Assembly (NCBI RefSeq): GCF_001194135.2
Contig: NC_068987.1
Span: 88,662,235-88,726,093, forward strand
DNA: 63,859 nucleotides
Direction of reading: 5' to 3'
From: Octopus bimaculoides
Taxonomy: Eukaryota
Shown: positions 41,620 through 56,136 of the stretch, in pieces
How positions within the stretch are numbered: the stretch's first letter is position 1
Layout: each line of letters opens with the position of its first letter
Made by a program: the position numbers and the translations under genes
The notes under the pieces: generated by a model
Told to the model about the DNA's origin: nothing
What the model saw: the letters and a program-made list of their open reading frames with translations, nothing else
Databases searched by the model: none

Positions 41620-41675
41620 GAGAATCTGATGAGTGGGACGTGTTCTGTGCGCCTATGAAACCTAAGGTCATACAG
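41620..41675 (+). ncRNA. Hammerhead ribozyme motif
   Basis: AT-CTGATGA-GTGGG..CCTAT-GAAA-CC(TAA)G-GTC^AT. Intact core and GUC site; stem I weak (2-3 bp). Confidence 0.55.
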
Positions 41676-42579
41676 ATCTGAGTCAAACTGTAATTAAATC
41701 CAAATGTAACTCCTACAAAATGTTCTAAGTGCTTTGTTTCGTTCACTTACTCGTGTATGTATGTATGTATGTATGTATGTATGTATGTATGTATGTATGT
41801 ATGTATGTATGTATGTATGTATGTATGTGTTTGTATATATATATGTGAGTGCACGAACAAACGAAAGTGATTTATATACATTTTATATAATATCTAAATG
41901 TATTCATATAATTATAAATATATGATTTTATTTTGGATGGGTCATACTGAGAAAGTGAAAATTAACACACGCCTTGGTTTTTGTACACGTCAGTTTAGAA
42001 ATTGTTTACGCCATTAAATGTGACCTTTTTTAATGATTTCAAATCTTTCAAATGATATATTTTTTTTATATGCTATGTTGTTATGTATATCAACTTTGTG
42101 TTTGTATTGCCAGGTTTGTAATAGTGTTGTTACATTAGTATTTTTATTTGATTTTTGTTTGTTTCATTTATTATTTATATTTTCCTGGGTTTTTTGTTGT
42201 TTTGGGGGTGCATATTTTAGAGTGTCTACGTGTTGTAATAAATCTAGTAGTTAGTATGCAGTATTTGTATATATGAGTGTGTGTGAAAATGTGTGTGTGT
42301 GTGTGCGCGCGGGCGACAGTTGACTTAAATTGAATTTAAACTCACTATATTCTAATTCTTGTCTACTATGTTTATAGGTAGAAAAATTTGCAATCAATTA
42401 AAAGGTCACACATTCATGCGCCGAAAATTTTCTGAAAATATAGTTAAAACTGAACTGAACTGAACCACAATTAGTGTAAGTGCTTACTGGCAATATGGCC
42501 CTCCCAAAATATTATAATATTACTTTCAACACACAGCTTAACATCAATATGTTCTCTAAACAAATTCACAAATGATATA

Positions 42580-42616
<37 letters not shown>

Positions 42617-43088
42617 CTGGTGACAAGTTTATAAAATCACCAACCCCACTTTATCGCTATGGGCACGCTGTGTGTGGCTCTAATAGTGAAAATGGTAGAG
42701 CACCCGTCATACAACCCTTTAACCCTGACCCTAACCAATTTTACAAGTTTTACAGAGTTTTAATGTAGCTTCGACGTCTGATGATGTTCACAAATATTTT
42801 TTAGTTTGATCCCTCAGGATCGAGACAAGATTAGCTCCGTAAACCCATATAACACATGAACATAACTCACTTTTTCAAAGTATTGAGTTATATTTTAGTC
42901 TGTATGTGACAGTTTTGTCCTCATGGACTAACATGCAAGAACATATATATACTATGCGTATGTGTGTGCGTGTGGAGAGAGAGAGCGAGACAGAGATAGA
43001 TAGACAGACAAATAGATAGACAAATAGATAGATAAATAGACAGATAGATAAATAAATTGATAGATAGATAGATAGATAGATAGCTAGC

Positions 43089-43150
<62 letters not shown>

Positions 43151-44503
43151 TGTTCATATCCATAATAAACAGAGGAAAAACTGCTCAATAGCATAGCAGA
43201 GTGTTGCAGTTTATTTAGGCAGATAAAAGTGTGCTGCTCTGGAGTTTCCCAGACATGTTATCAGTTGCTAGAACTTGATTGATAAGTAAAGACATCTATT
43301 ATAAACGGAAACACAGTCGACCGAATTGTCAAGCCGGCTTTTGGCCGGGTCCAGCAAAAAAAAAATTGGAAGTTTATATGATGTATTAATTGCTAGTAGG
43401 TACACCGTATTTCGTTTTGAGACCTTAATGTACTATCAAGTATGTTAAAGGTTTATAAGCCAAAACCGCGTTCTACTTTGTGTTAGTAGTTCGGGTAATT
43501 TCCATCTTTTTTTTCAATTTTTCCCTTTTTCAATTTTTTTTTTATATGTGTCTCTACAGTAGACATACACTTTAAAAAAAATGAAAAAAAAACCCAAAAA
43601 ACGCACTGCTAACACGAAGTAAGGCACATTATTCACTTATAAACCCTGTACAGAAAGACTTAATATATACGCATTTCGTCTCCTCTTTCTTTCATTTTCT
43701 ATTTTCCTTCATTTTTTTTCTTCCATTTTTCTTTCCCTTTTTCTTTCGAGATCATTCCTAAGCAAGTATGTGTACGTGAACTTTTTGTTTTATTTCTGTG
43801 GCGACTACCCACTGACCGCTTTACCTTTTATTCGCGTACCCCCAGTTCAAATATCTTCCAATTGCTGACTTTGGCTGTTTCTCTGCACGTGCGTTCGTGT
43901 ATATGTGTATGTTAGAAGGTCACTTGTTCCGTTTCTTTCCCTATTTCTTTCTTTTTACTTCTAGACCGAATATAAGCACGTGTGAGCATATAAGGGCACA
44001 CACGTGATCACCAGGTCTTCTCTTCTACTTCTGTTCTCCTCTACTGACTCCGGCCCAAAGCCTGTCTTTTTTTGTCCCCGGTTGTCACCCATTGCTTCTA
44101 AATATTCACCTGCCTGAGAGACCTGTCGGAGAAATCTCTTGAGCAGCAAGCTACTAGATCAGCCCAAATGATATATATGTAGAATGTGCGTGTATGATGT
44201 GTGTGTGTGTTTGCTTGAATGTGCATTATTTTAATATTATATTCACACGTAGATATGCACACATACGTGTAAACAAATACACATGGGCACATAGAAATGC
44301 ACATATGTATATTGTTGAACTTATCGCTTCCTCTAAATCTAAAAGCAACCGTTGCCTAATAAACGTAATTAATATTCATAAGATATAAAAGCAACATTCT
44401 CTTGATAAAATATTACTGGGATTCACATATGCGTGTGCGTGGACATATACATACATACATATATACATTCATTCATTCATACATACATACAGACATACAT
44501 ACA

Positions 44504-44572
<69 letters not shown>

Positions 44573-44641
44573 TAACAGAATGAGATTTGAAATAAAAAAA
44601 TCCAAGGCTGTGAAAGTTTTCAGAACATTTATAAAGAGAAG

Positions 44642-44689
44642 GTCTTACAGCTGTTTCCAGGATATTTATTATATCCCTTCATCAGAGAC
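44642..44689 (-). ncRNA. Minimal type-I hammerhead ribozyme motif (inverted partner)
   Basis: Reverse complement GTCT-CTGATGA-A-GGGATAT(aataa)ATATCCT-G-GAAA-CAGCTGTA^AGAC. Confidence 0.78.
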
Positions 44690-44995
44690 GGTGCAAGAAG
44701 ATGTTTAATAGTTGTTATAGAGGAGATATGAAATATAGAGTGAAGTGGAGGAATGAAAACAGACGTGAGATACGTAAGGATATCGTATCTGCAGTTCCAT
44801 TATTTAAGTGTATATGTAAGTTTCCTTTACCTTGTGTGTGAGTTCCAGGAAACTTACATATGCACCATTCTGCTTAAATAATGGAACTGCAGATACAATA
44901 TCCTTATGTATCTCACGTCTGTTTTCATTCCTCCACTTCACTCTGTATTTCATATCTTCTCTATAATAACTATTACTTAAACATTTTCTCGCACC

Positions 44996-45043
44996 GTCTC
45001 TGATGAAGGGATATATAAAATATCCCGGAAACAGCTGTAAGAC
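44996..45043 (+). ncRNA. Minimal type-I hammerhead ribozyme motif
   Basis: GTCT-CTGATGA-A-GGGATAT(ataaa)ATATCCC-G-GAAA-C-AGCT-GTA^AGAC. Stem I GUCU/AGAC, 7-bp stem II, palindromic stem III (ACAGCTGT), GUA cleavage triplet. Confidence 0.8.
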
Positions 45044-45266
45044 CTTGTCTTTATAAATGTTCTGAAAACTTTCACAGCCATGGATTTTTTATCTCATTGT
45101 GTTGATTTTTTTATATATCCATCCTAATACATGACTCACGTTGGACTCTTCATTCGTATCATTATCGAACCTGGAGCTTAAATATAATCTGTCCATAGCA
45201 TTTACTCAGCATTACCTGGCACCTTTACCTTTGGGTCTTCCTGACACCACTACCCCTCATACCCTC

Positions 45267-45337
<71 letters not shown>

Positions 45338-46161
45338 ACAGAGAGTGAAGAGGAGGGAAAGAATGAAACATGAAAGAACATTTAATTTACTAGGCAACGT
45401 ATGTCTAAGGACTGCAAAGAAGTATAAATATTTGCCAACATCTCGCCAATTAATTCTGACAAATTACATACCATATTAATGATGAGAAATGTCAATCAAA
45501 TGACTTACACCACCATATCTATTAAACAACATTATCATTAATATTATTATTGTTATACTGTTCATTAAAAATACATAGACTTTCTAAAAGAACCAAGTAA
45601 AACCTCGAAAATATGCAAACGGTTAACAAATACTGTGAGTGAAAGCTCTGATAAAATAAAGAAGTTCAAGTTTCACTAAATAATGCTGCACGAATCGTGT
45701 GAAATCCTATTTGACACATTCGAATGCATTCGAACATTAAAAGGCCCTCCGCTGCGTAATCAACCCACAGATCTTGTGACTATTTTCGCAGTGGAAGATC
45801 TTTCCATGTTTTAATGCCCTCGAATATGTCAAATATGATTTTATACCAAGTATTACTGTTTTCGGAAATGTTTCTACGTCTACTCTCATGGATAATATCA
45901 ATATTTTTACGTGGGTGGCTTTGTAGCATACGTGGTTTTAAGTCGGCGCGCTGGTAAGATCTTTAGCAGGCCAAGCAAGATGCTTGATTTATGAAGTGCC
46001 ATTTTGTGCTCTGTCTGTATGCTAAAGTTCTACAACATCATCGAGATTGCATTCTCTTAACATAAATGATGGATTTTGCGCCCCTCCCACCAGGATTACA
46101 CTCTTTGGGTGGGCAGCGCATAAAGAGAAGCTGTGCTGCGTCATTAGTCTCCATTATGTTG

Positions 46162-46193
<32 letters not shown>

Positions 46194-46696
46194 TATTATT
46201 ATTATTATTATTATATTTATTATTATTATCAAGGCGGTGAGCTAGCGGAATCATTTGTGCGTCGACCAAAATGCTTAGTGGCATTTCTTCTGTCGAGGTC
46301 AACTTTGCCTTTCATCCTTTCGAAGTTGAAAAAATAAAGTACCAATCAAGTACTGAGGTTGATGGTATCGACTAGCCCCTCCCCTCAAAACTGCTGCCCT
46401 TGTGCCTTAATTAGAAACCATTATTATTACTATTATACTTGTCTTTTTTTTAACTGTTTTTGTTGTTGTTTTCTTTGTTGTTGCGTGTGATTGATAGTGT
46501 AATTGCTAATTACGTCTCTTTACTTTCAACGATTTGAAAAAAACATCAAGGCCAACGTTACCGTTTATTTTCCGAGAGCTAAGAAAATAATACCAGTCAT
46601 ATAATGAGGTCGATTTAATCGACTTTATCTTTCATTTCAATATTTGACGGTATAGTTATATCAAAATCATCGCCCTCGTCATTATCATCATCATCC

Positions 46697-46805
<109 letters not shown>

Positions 46806-47042
46806 GGCGGCGAGCTGGCAGAATCGTTAGCACGCTGGGCAAAATGCTTAGCGGCATTTCGTCTGTCTTTACGTTCTGAGTTCAAATTCCGCCGGGGTCG
46901 ACTTTGCGTTTCATCCTTTCGGGATCGATAAATTAAGTACAAGTGAAACACTAGGATCAATATGATTGATTATTCCCCCCACCAAAAACAAAAACAAAAT
47001 TTCAGGCCTTGTGCCTTTAGTAGAAAAGATTATTATTATAAT

Positions 47043-47098
<56 letters not shown>

Positions 47099-49520
47099 TC
47101 AACCCCTCCCACTCACATTGAAATCCTAATCAGTTTACATTCACCATTCATTCCCAGAGATCGATAAAATAAGAAGTAATTACCGTATTTTATTGTGTAT
47201 AACTCGCACCTCTTATTCAGTATTAAATCTTAGTTCAAACATTTTCCCCTTCATATTCAAACTCAATATCATAACTGACGACATAAAAGGGTATTAATTT
47301 AATAGCATTTAACTGGAATATAAAAAATTGTTTCTAGTTCATCCAAGCGTGGCGTAAGTTGAGAACGATCGCAAATAACCTGATCAGGAGGTAAATAGTG
47401 TGTGTACACACAGCGAAAGTTTTTGTTTTGCTCCGTGTATAAACCGCACCCTGGGTTTTCAGTCAGATCAAGTATAAAATAAGGCAACTTATAATGACTT
47501 CCTCGTCACTTCGACGAATGTGGGTTGTTTTTAGTTCAATGCTTTTAACTAAGGTGTGATGGGGTTGGTGCTGTTGTCTTGGTTTGCTGAACAACCCGCA
47601 TGATGTATACTATTATAGTGGGTAAGAACTGTGAAGAGCTGGTCTCACTCTTTCGTCCTTCAAACTCGTATTTGTCTACAAGTACCACAACCCAGTAGAT
47701 GTTCGGAGGCAGGGTTTGTTTGGAGTTACCTTCTCTTAGATGAGCAGTTTAAAAAACTGAAGTGTATCGTTTGCCCTGCGTCCGCGAGTAACCTTCTTCC
47801 AAAGGCAGAAGGAGATATACTCAACTTGTACGCGACTAAATACGGCAAACAGTTGAGTCAATTCAATCAAATATTTCCATTTTATCCACTAAACTCAAGT
47901 ACCACAGCAGACGAGCGATTTTGCGTCGAAGTGCGAAAGTATTATAATCCTTATTAAAAATACATACGTAGAAATATATGAAAAACTTTCTTCTTCAAAC
48001 ATGAATTTCGTATTACCTTGGAAAGCTCGCAAGCAGTTGTTGGAGGTTAAAGAGGATGCTTAAAGTTAATGAAAACATTTCATTAGACGCATATATAACC
48101 GGTTGATTGCGAAGTTTGCTTTGTTAACACGTGGTTTCCGGTTCGGGAACCAAGGCATGTCTCATGTCTTAAGGGGGTGATTTCCACTCCTCGCCTCTCA
48201 CAGATATATTTCTTTTATGTGGAATTAATAGACAGATAGTGTGCGAACACATGGACTGACACACACACATGCAAAAACGAACACACACACACACACACAC
48301 ACACATGCACATAGACACATACATACACATACAGGCACATATATGTATGTTTGTGTTTTTTGCGCGCACACATACATATACATACATATATATTATGTGT
48401 GCGGGTGAGAGTGTATATTCGTATGTGTGTGTGTGTATTTCTTATCTTACGGTACGACGATTAGATCCTGCTAAAATATGTACCATATTTTAAAATGTTT
48501 TAATGTCAGGATAAACGAAAAATAAAACCCCTTAAGTTAACGCCAGCATGAATGATACTTCGATGAAATTTTCTAAAACGTTATAAAAATTACCAATGTT
48601 TGTAGGTTTAGGCAAAGATGTGTAGTTAAAAAGATTGCTTTACAACCACGCGGAACCTCGGACAAGTGTCTTCTATTATGTGCCCGAACTTGGAGACGAA
48701 AACTGCGTGGAAGCCAGTTGTGTAGATGTATATATTTATGCGTGTGTGTGTCTTTTTGTTTGTCCCCTCCATACACACATACACACACACACAGTTATAC
48801 AAACACACGCACGCACACACACCGCTTAACAACGTGTTCATTTATCTGCGTCACCGTAACTTAGTGGTTCGGCGAAAGAGACCGATAGAAGTACCAGACT
48901 TAAAAAAATAAGGCCCGGGGTCGATTTGTTTGACTAGACCCTTCAAATTAGTGTCCCAGCATGACCACAGTCCAATGACTGAAACAAGTAAGCGATAAAA
49001 GATGGAAGCTAACAAATGTGCCCTAAAATTATTTACAGATCCTAATGTTGCTATTTTCTGAAAAGTGCCTAAGTCTATCTCGATAGGTAAACATCTTTGT
49101 GATAATTAAAGTGGAATGGTCGATACATTTCTTGTTATAATGTTCTAAACTCGTGTGAATTATTCTGCTTCTTCAGCATACATCTGCACAATGTTATAGT
49201 GATTTGGTATTGTTATGACGAAGTTTAGAACATCGTAAATGTTGTCATAGAAAATTATGATGAGCGTATTCTATGATAACTGACGGACTGTAGCTTTTAT
49301 CATCTCCATGTTTCAATCATAGGGCTGCGGTTATGCAGGGACATCGCCTCGGTGGACTTAGTCAAACAAATCAACCTCAGTACTTATTTTTAAAGTTTGG
49401 TACTTATTTTATCGGGGTCATTTGCCGAATCACTAAGTTACAAGAGTGTAAACGCACTAAAACTGTGTGTCAAGCGGAGAGGGGACTAATACAAAGACAA
49501 CCCATCCACCCACCCACACA

Positions 49521-49619
<99 letters not shown>

Positions 49620-50470
49620 CGGGTTTCTACGCCATTTCCATCCAGCAGATTCATTTACAAGATATTATTTGGCCCGGGGCTATATAAACTTGCCCAAGAT
49701 ACTCCGCAATGGGATTGAACCTGAAACCACGTGGTTACAAAATGAGCCCATAGAAAGTTAAGGTATGGTTTATATGAATAATATATATAATGTGTTTTTT
49801 TGTCCTGAAACAGTTGAAACTGGGTGGTCATATGTATGGATAGTAATTTTACTACACTATTCTGCTGTTGTGATCTTATATTTTGTCACAGCCAGTGAAG
49901 GGCATGTATTTTGATACAATACGATACCCTGTGTCCTATCTCAGAACATACAGACGGCAGATAAATCTGTCGTCTGTATTTTTATAGAAGTTGTGGATAT
50001 CCTTTCAACACATCAGTTGTTGTTGAACTGCTCTAGTACCGTGAAAATTGTTGCTTTTACTGCTCAATTCAGGCCACTTTAGAATTAAAGAAATTCACCA
50101 CTATCTATAATTAGGGGTCATTCTGTCGCCCACAATTCTTAATGTGTTAGTAAGTTCCTTACCAGTGACTGGGGACTAAACTTGTGCTGTTATCGTTTTT
50201 TCTTTGTTCCTTTCATAGTCATTGCATTTTTAGCTGTACTGAATATTTTGTACCACATTCTCTTCCTCTGGAATGCTTCAATTTTTTCCTGTGTTATGTT
50301 TTATTTGTTAATGTCATTGTAAAACCGTTTGGTGTCTGATTAAAATAATTGGTTTTGGAAGAAGAGTTCAAAATTTGCAAAGCATCATAAGCTGAGTGCT
50401 TTTGCGGATATAATTTGTTTAAGACAATTCTTTTCTTTATTACCAGAGCATCTTCTGTTTTATTGCGATA

Positions 50471-50613
<143 letters not shown>

Positions 50614-51669
50614 TCATTTCTTGTCAGCAGAGTCTCACTTGAATATAATGAGATCTGATGTGATGTTTGCATCACTGTGATAGGCCAACTGATAGGTAAA
50701 AGTCGACTGTTTTGATATATTCTCAGTGTTTATCCTTTCAATGAAATTGATTTTCCCTTTTTCATTATCTTGGAATCTGTTATTGTATATTATAAAAATG
50801 CGTTACGTTCGGTAGTGTGTATTCCTTTATATTTTCCATTACTTCGTATTTTTTCTTCACAGATTACATCTCTCCTATAATGTGTGCTGGATATATTTTA
50901 TCAATGTGTAATAGAAGTGGATGCAATAGTCCTGTAGAGAGTTCATTGATTCAACCTTCTCTTCCAAAATTTCTTTTTACGTTGGACGCTTGCAATAAGA
51001 GTCATCCCTTTCAGTTCGGTTTTTATAGGTGTCAAGAAGATATTCGCGATTGGAGTAAGCTCACACTACGAAATTATACACACTGACTCCACTGGCTGTG
51101 TATTTGTTTCAGATTAATTTATCGATAGACATACTTGATTTCGTTTTAAAAAAATGTGTTATATTTGAAATTCGTTTTATAATGCTTTCTGTTGAAAAGT
51201 TGTTTCATTTCGTTATCATTTTCGTTTTTGTATTCAAATGTTCATTTTGTTTTTATTTGTTTATCCCGGTGTACATCTGTTCTTTATTTCAGTATGTATA
51301 TTATAGCTAAACTTGCATTCACGTTGTGTATTATTTCAACATTATGCAATGAATGCAATCACATATAATTCTTCAAATGAGTTCTGGATAGCATCGTTTC
51401 CTTCGCTTTATGATTTTGATTTCGATAATGCAATCGGATATAAATAAACTTTTTACAGAGTGCTATATTTTTATGTCCTCGTTCTGATGGACCCAAGGCC
51501 GGAGTTCCTTCTTATAATTATTAAGTATATTGTTTATGTGAGTGCAGTATGAAAGTGTGTATACGTACATAAATTAGTGCATTTTGTGAGCTCTGTTTTT
51601 GCGACTCATACACACACACACATATATATATATATGTATACATATTTATACACGCATGTGTATGTGTGT

Positions 51670-51738
<69 letters not shown>

Positions 51739-52529
51739 TGTGTGTCTGTTCTAACAAAACCTTTGCAGGCTTTCTCAACCAGTAGCAGCAAGGACACGGT
51801 TAATGTCTCTACTGAACCACTGCAACTTCAGGGCTGTTGGAATAACATGGGATGGCGGTCCATCAACGGTTTTTTTAAATTTTATATAGTCGTTGGAACT
51901 GCTGGTAATCACAACTAGATCCCTCCAAGTCTTACCTTACAGACTTGAAAGAGGAAAGATTATATTAAACGATGCAGTCGAAGGTGTGCCTATAATATAA
52001 CACTTGGTTGAGGAAAAAGTTCCTGCGCCGTGAGTCACCAGTGAACATGACATGAACTGAATGAACATACACACCACAAAATATATATATAAAAAACATT
52101 ATGTTAACACGGCCCACGAACTTTTTCCTCCATCATGTGAACCATGTACTGCTCTTGAAGATGGATTTTCTTAATCAGTGTCGTCTTTGTGCGATTACAA
52201 CATGGTAAAAGAGATTTACAGTCACAGAAACCCCTCAATGCGTCGTGGGCACTTTTTCTTCCTTTGATTAAATCATTAAAAACACGAAAAAGTTTGATAA
52301 CTCTGATTGCAATGACTTAATTGGTCATTGATAAAGATTATACAGAATATTAATTACAGTACAGGCGGCATAAAGCCATAGAAATATGGGTATAATGCAA
52401 ATTAAAAAATATGAATTAGAGAGATTCAATTGACAATTCAATAATTTCTTTATATTATAACATAATATACTATGAATATAATATAATATAAGATAAGATA
52501 ACATTAAAACATCATTAAAAAACCAAAAG

Positions 52530-52601
52530 GGCCAACAATTGTTTCGACTTTTTTTATATATATAAACAATTTAATTCACTTATATAAGTCTCATCAGAGC
52601 T
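52530..52601 (-). ncRNA. Hammerhead ribozyme motif
   Basis: Reverse complement AGCT-CTGATGA-GACTT(AT-rich loop)AAGTC-GAAA-C-AATT-GTT^GGCC. Palindromic stem-III loop; stem I 3 bp. Confidence 0.6.
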
Positions 52602-53242
52602 AAGGTTTAAAGATAGACGAAATTCCGTGTGAAAGGAATTGTAATTCTGTTGACTCTAATTTGTGATATTGTAGTCAGATGGTAGAAGGCAATAATGACA
52701 ATAGGTTGAAAGGAAAATAACCTCACTTCAGATAATTAGGAATTATATAACCTGCAACTATGAGAAGGCCAGTGAAATAATGTGTATTTATGAAGGCCCG
52801 AGACCAAGTGTTTGACTCTCGATAACAAGTTGTGTTTGATCGCGACACTTTGTTTCTTGTAGCTCAATACTACTCAGCCGAAATGAGCACCAGTCGAGAG
52901 CTGATGCAGCTTTCTCTCTTTAGATCCTTCATATTCCAGATGTGTCATATGGTCACGAGTTGTTTTCTCTTTTACCCCGATGTAGATCGGCCAGAAACCA
53001 AACAACCGGCATTGTCCCTCTCGTATTGTTGGCATTCCGTCGCTTACGACGTCGATGGTTCCAGTTGGTCCAATCAACGGAACAGCCTGCTCGTGAAATT
53101 AACGTGCAAGTGGCTGAGCACTCCACAGACACGTGTGTCTCTCTCGTAAACAGAAATGAAATAAATATTATCGTAAATTAGATCAGCAAACAACAATGCT
53201 ATTATTCATATGGTTCATAAGACACACACATACAACCCCATG

Positions 53243-53334
<92 letters not shown>

Positions 53335-53987
53335 CAGTTGCAGTGTGGGAGTCACTTATTAGGCATTCAAAAACTCACGAAGGCACTTAATTTCACTCAA
53401 ACATTTATTTGGTATCACGAAACTTTTAACTCAATATTACAAACAAAAAATGTTTAAGAGAAGTTAACAGTCTTTATGTGTTTCTAAAGGGTTTAACTTG
53501 TGGCTTCCACGCTGTGAATGTTTTACTTTCAATACAGGGCCCCATATCTAATCCGTTATCTGGTATGTGCGTCTCCGAAATAGGTGTGGCCGAAATATAT
53601 AAAGTGGCGGTGTGGTAAGAAGTTTAGCTCCCAATCACATGGTTCTGGGTTCAGTCAGTCCCACTGCGTGGCACCTTGAGCAGATACCTTCTACTATAGC
53701 CTCAAGCCAACCAAAGCCTTGTGAGTGAATTCGGTAGATGGAAATCGTGTGTGTTTTTGTGTCTGTGTTTGTCCCCACCACCGCTTGTTAACCGGTGCTG
53801 GTTTGTTTACACAGCCGCAACTTAACAGCTAAGCAAAGCTGATCGATAGAATAAATACCAGGCTTTAAAAAAAGTACTGGGGTCGATTCATTCGACTAAA
53901 AAATTTTCAGAACGGTGCCCCAGCATGGCCGCAGTCTAATGACAGAAATAAATAGATGTGTGTGTATGCATGTATGCGTGTGTGTGT

Positions 53988-54049
<62 letters not shown>

Positions 54050-55800
54050 CTATTTATTGAAAACAAAAGGATAAGAACAAAATGCTTGGAGGACTCTATC
54101 ATAGAAAACCCCTTCACGCCGGAATAAAAGGGAAAGTCTTAAATTTTAGAAATTCTTAAACTTTCATAATCATCAGTTCTTCTCTTATAAATATGGTATC
54201 ATATTTCGTGTTGTGTTTGTTGCCAGCTTGTAGCAGGAAGATCCAATGGTAGTGGGAGGAGGAGCAGTCATGAGGTCATTTTAAGCGAACGAAACCGATT
54301 CATATTTTCCTTCTGTTTTCCTTAATAAAGTCCTCCAAAGATTTTCCTCTTTTCTATAGCTTTTCAATATATATCTATTCCTGTGTATCAATATATATAT
54401 GTCTGTATGTGTGTGTGTTTGTGTGTGTATGTGTGTGTATGTATGTATGTATGTATGTATGTATGTATATAGTGAGATTTTCCAAAAAGTAAAAGACGAA
54501 GACGGGTGTGTAAACAACAAACAGATGTATTAGTTTAACGCTGGAGGAGTGAGAAAGTCTTTTACGTTTCGAACCTACGCTCTTTGACAGAAAGGAACAC
54601 AGAAATAAACAGGGAGAGAAAATAAAAAAGGTTTAGTGGCTAGCGATCTATCATGGCGAAAACAAGACAGAGGGGGTCACACAGGAGAGCTAAGAAGAAG
54701 GGGAGATAATAAAGTAGTGGTGATCCCAAAACGTAGATGCACGTGCGTATGTATGTGACAGCGTCTATGTATGTATATATATATACATGCTGAAGCTATT
54801 TAGTGCTGGGGGGGGGGCTGCAATCGCCAGTATTATTGAGTCTGCTAATATCATTTTCAAATTGTTACTAGATAATAAGAGCTGATGATATATTCGCAAA
54901 TTATTTTTTCGTGAATTATTCTTCTCGTGAACTATTTGCTCCGTATATCTGTGTGTGTGTGTGTGTGTGTGTGTGTNNNNNNNNNNNNNNNNNNNNNNNN
55001 NNNNNNNNNNNNNNNNNNNNNNNNNNNNNNNNNNNNNNNNNNNNNNNNNNNNNNNNNNNNNNNNNNNNNNNNNNNNNNNNNNNNNNNNNNNNNNNNNNNN
55101 NNNNNNNNNNNNNNNNNNNNNNNNNNNNNNNNNNNNNNNNNNNNNNNNNNNNNNNNNNNNNNNNNNNNNNNNNNNNNNNNNNNNNNNNNNNNNNNNNNNN
55201 NNNNNNNNNNNNNNNNNNNNNNNNNNNNNNNNNNNNNNNNNNNNNNNNNNNNNNNNNNNNNNNNNNNNNNNNNNNNNNNNNNNNNNNNNNNNNNNNNNNN
55301 NNNNNNNNNNNNNNNNNNNNNNNNNNNNNNNNNNNNNNNNNNNNNNNNNNNNNNNNNNNNNNNNNNNNNNNNNNNNNNNNNNNNNNNNNNNNNNNNNNNN
55401 NNNNNNNNNNNNNNNNNNNNNNNNNNNNNNNNNNNNNNNNNNNNNNNNNNNNNNNNNNNNNNNNNNNNNNNNNNNNNNNNNNNNNNNNNNNNNNNNNNNN
55501 NNNNNNNNNNNNNNNNNNNNNNNNNNNNNNNNNNNNNNNNNNNNNNNNNNNNNNNNNNNNNNNNNNNNNNNNNNNNNNNNNNNNNNNNNNNNNNNNNNNN
55601 NNNNNNNNNNNNNNNNNNNNNNNNNNNNNNNNNNNNNNNNNNNNNNNNNNNNNNNNNNNNNNNNNNNNNNNNNNNNNNNNNNNNNNNNNNNNNNNNNNNN
55701 NNNNNNNNNNNNNNNNNNNNNNNNNNNNNNNNNNNNNNNNNNNNNNNNNNNNNNNNNNNNNNNNNNNNNNNNNNNATATATATATATATATACACACACA

Positions 55801-56136
55801 TATATTGTATAAAAGTTCGTAGGTAAGGCCAAAACAATGCGAAGTAAATGCAAGGCAAATCACAAGAAAACAAATATGTGAATTAACATAGGCTTACCTT
55901 GCATTCAATATTTCAGGGTTATGACTCCATTTTCAAGAAATTGATGAATGTTGCCTATGTACGCTCACACACATGCACATCGGCAACATTCATCAATTTC
56001 TTGAAAATGGGGTCATAACCCCGAAATATTGAATGCAAGGTAAGTCTACATTAATTCACATATTTGCTTTCTTGTGATTTACATTGCATTTACTTCGCAT
56101 TGTTTTGGCCTTACCTACGATCTTTTATACAATATA
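55801..56136. repeat. ~335-bp palindrome (about 155-bp arms, 26-nt spacer)
   Basis: TATATTGTATAAAAG..ATGTTGCC / GGCAACAT..TTTTATACAATATA are reverse complements. Confidence 0.9.

Larger units (their letters stand above)
44574..45103. repeat. ~530-bp palindrome (about 250-bp arms, 20-nt spacer 44827-44846); Penelope-like inverted terminal structure
   Basis: The arms are reverse complements along their length, with small indels. Each arm carries a hammerhead motif. Confidence 0.9.

Noticed and set aside
50863-51086. Open frame after a strong acceptor (DYISPIMCAGY...)
   Set aside because: No homology recognised and no good donor or partner exons.
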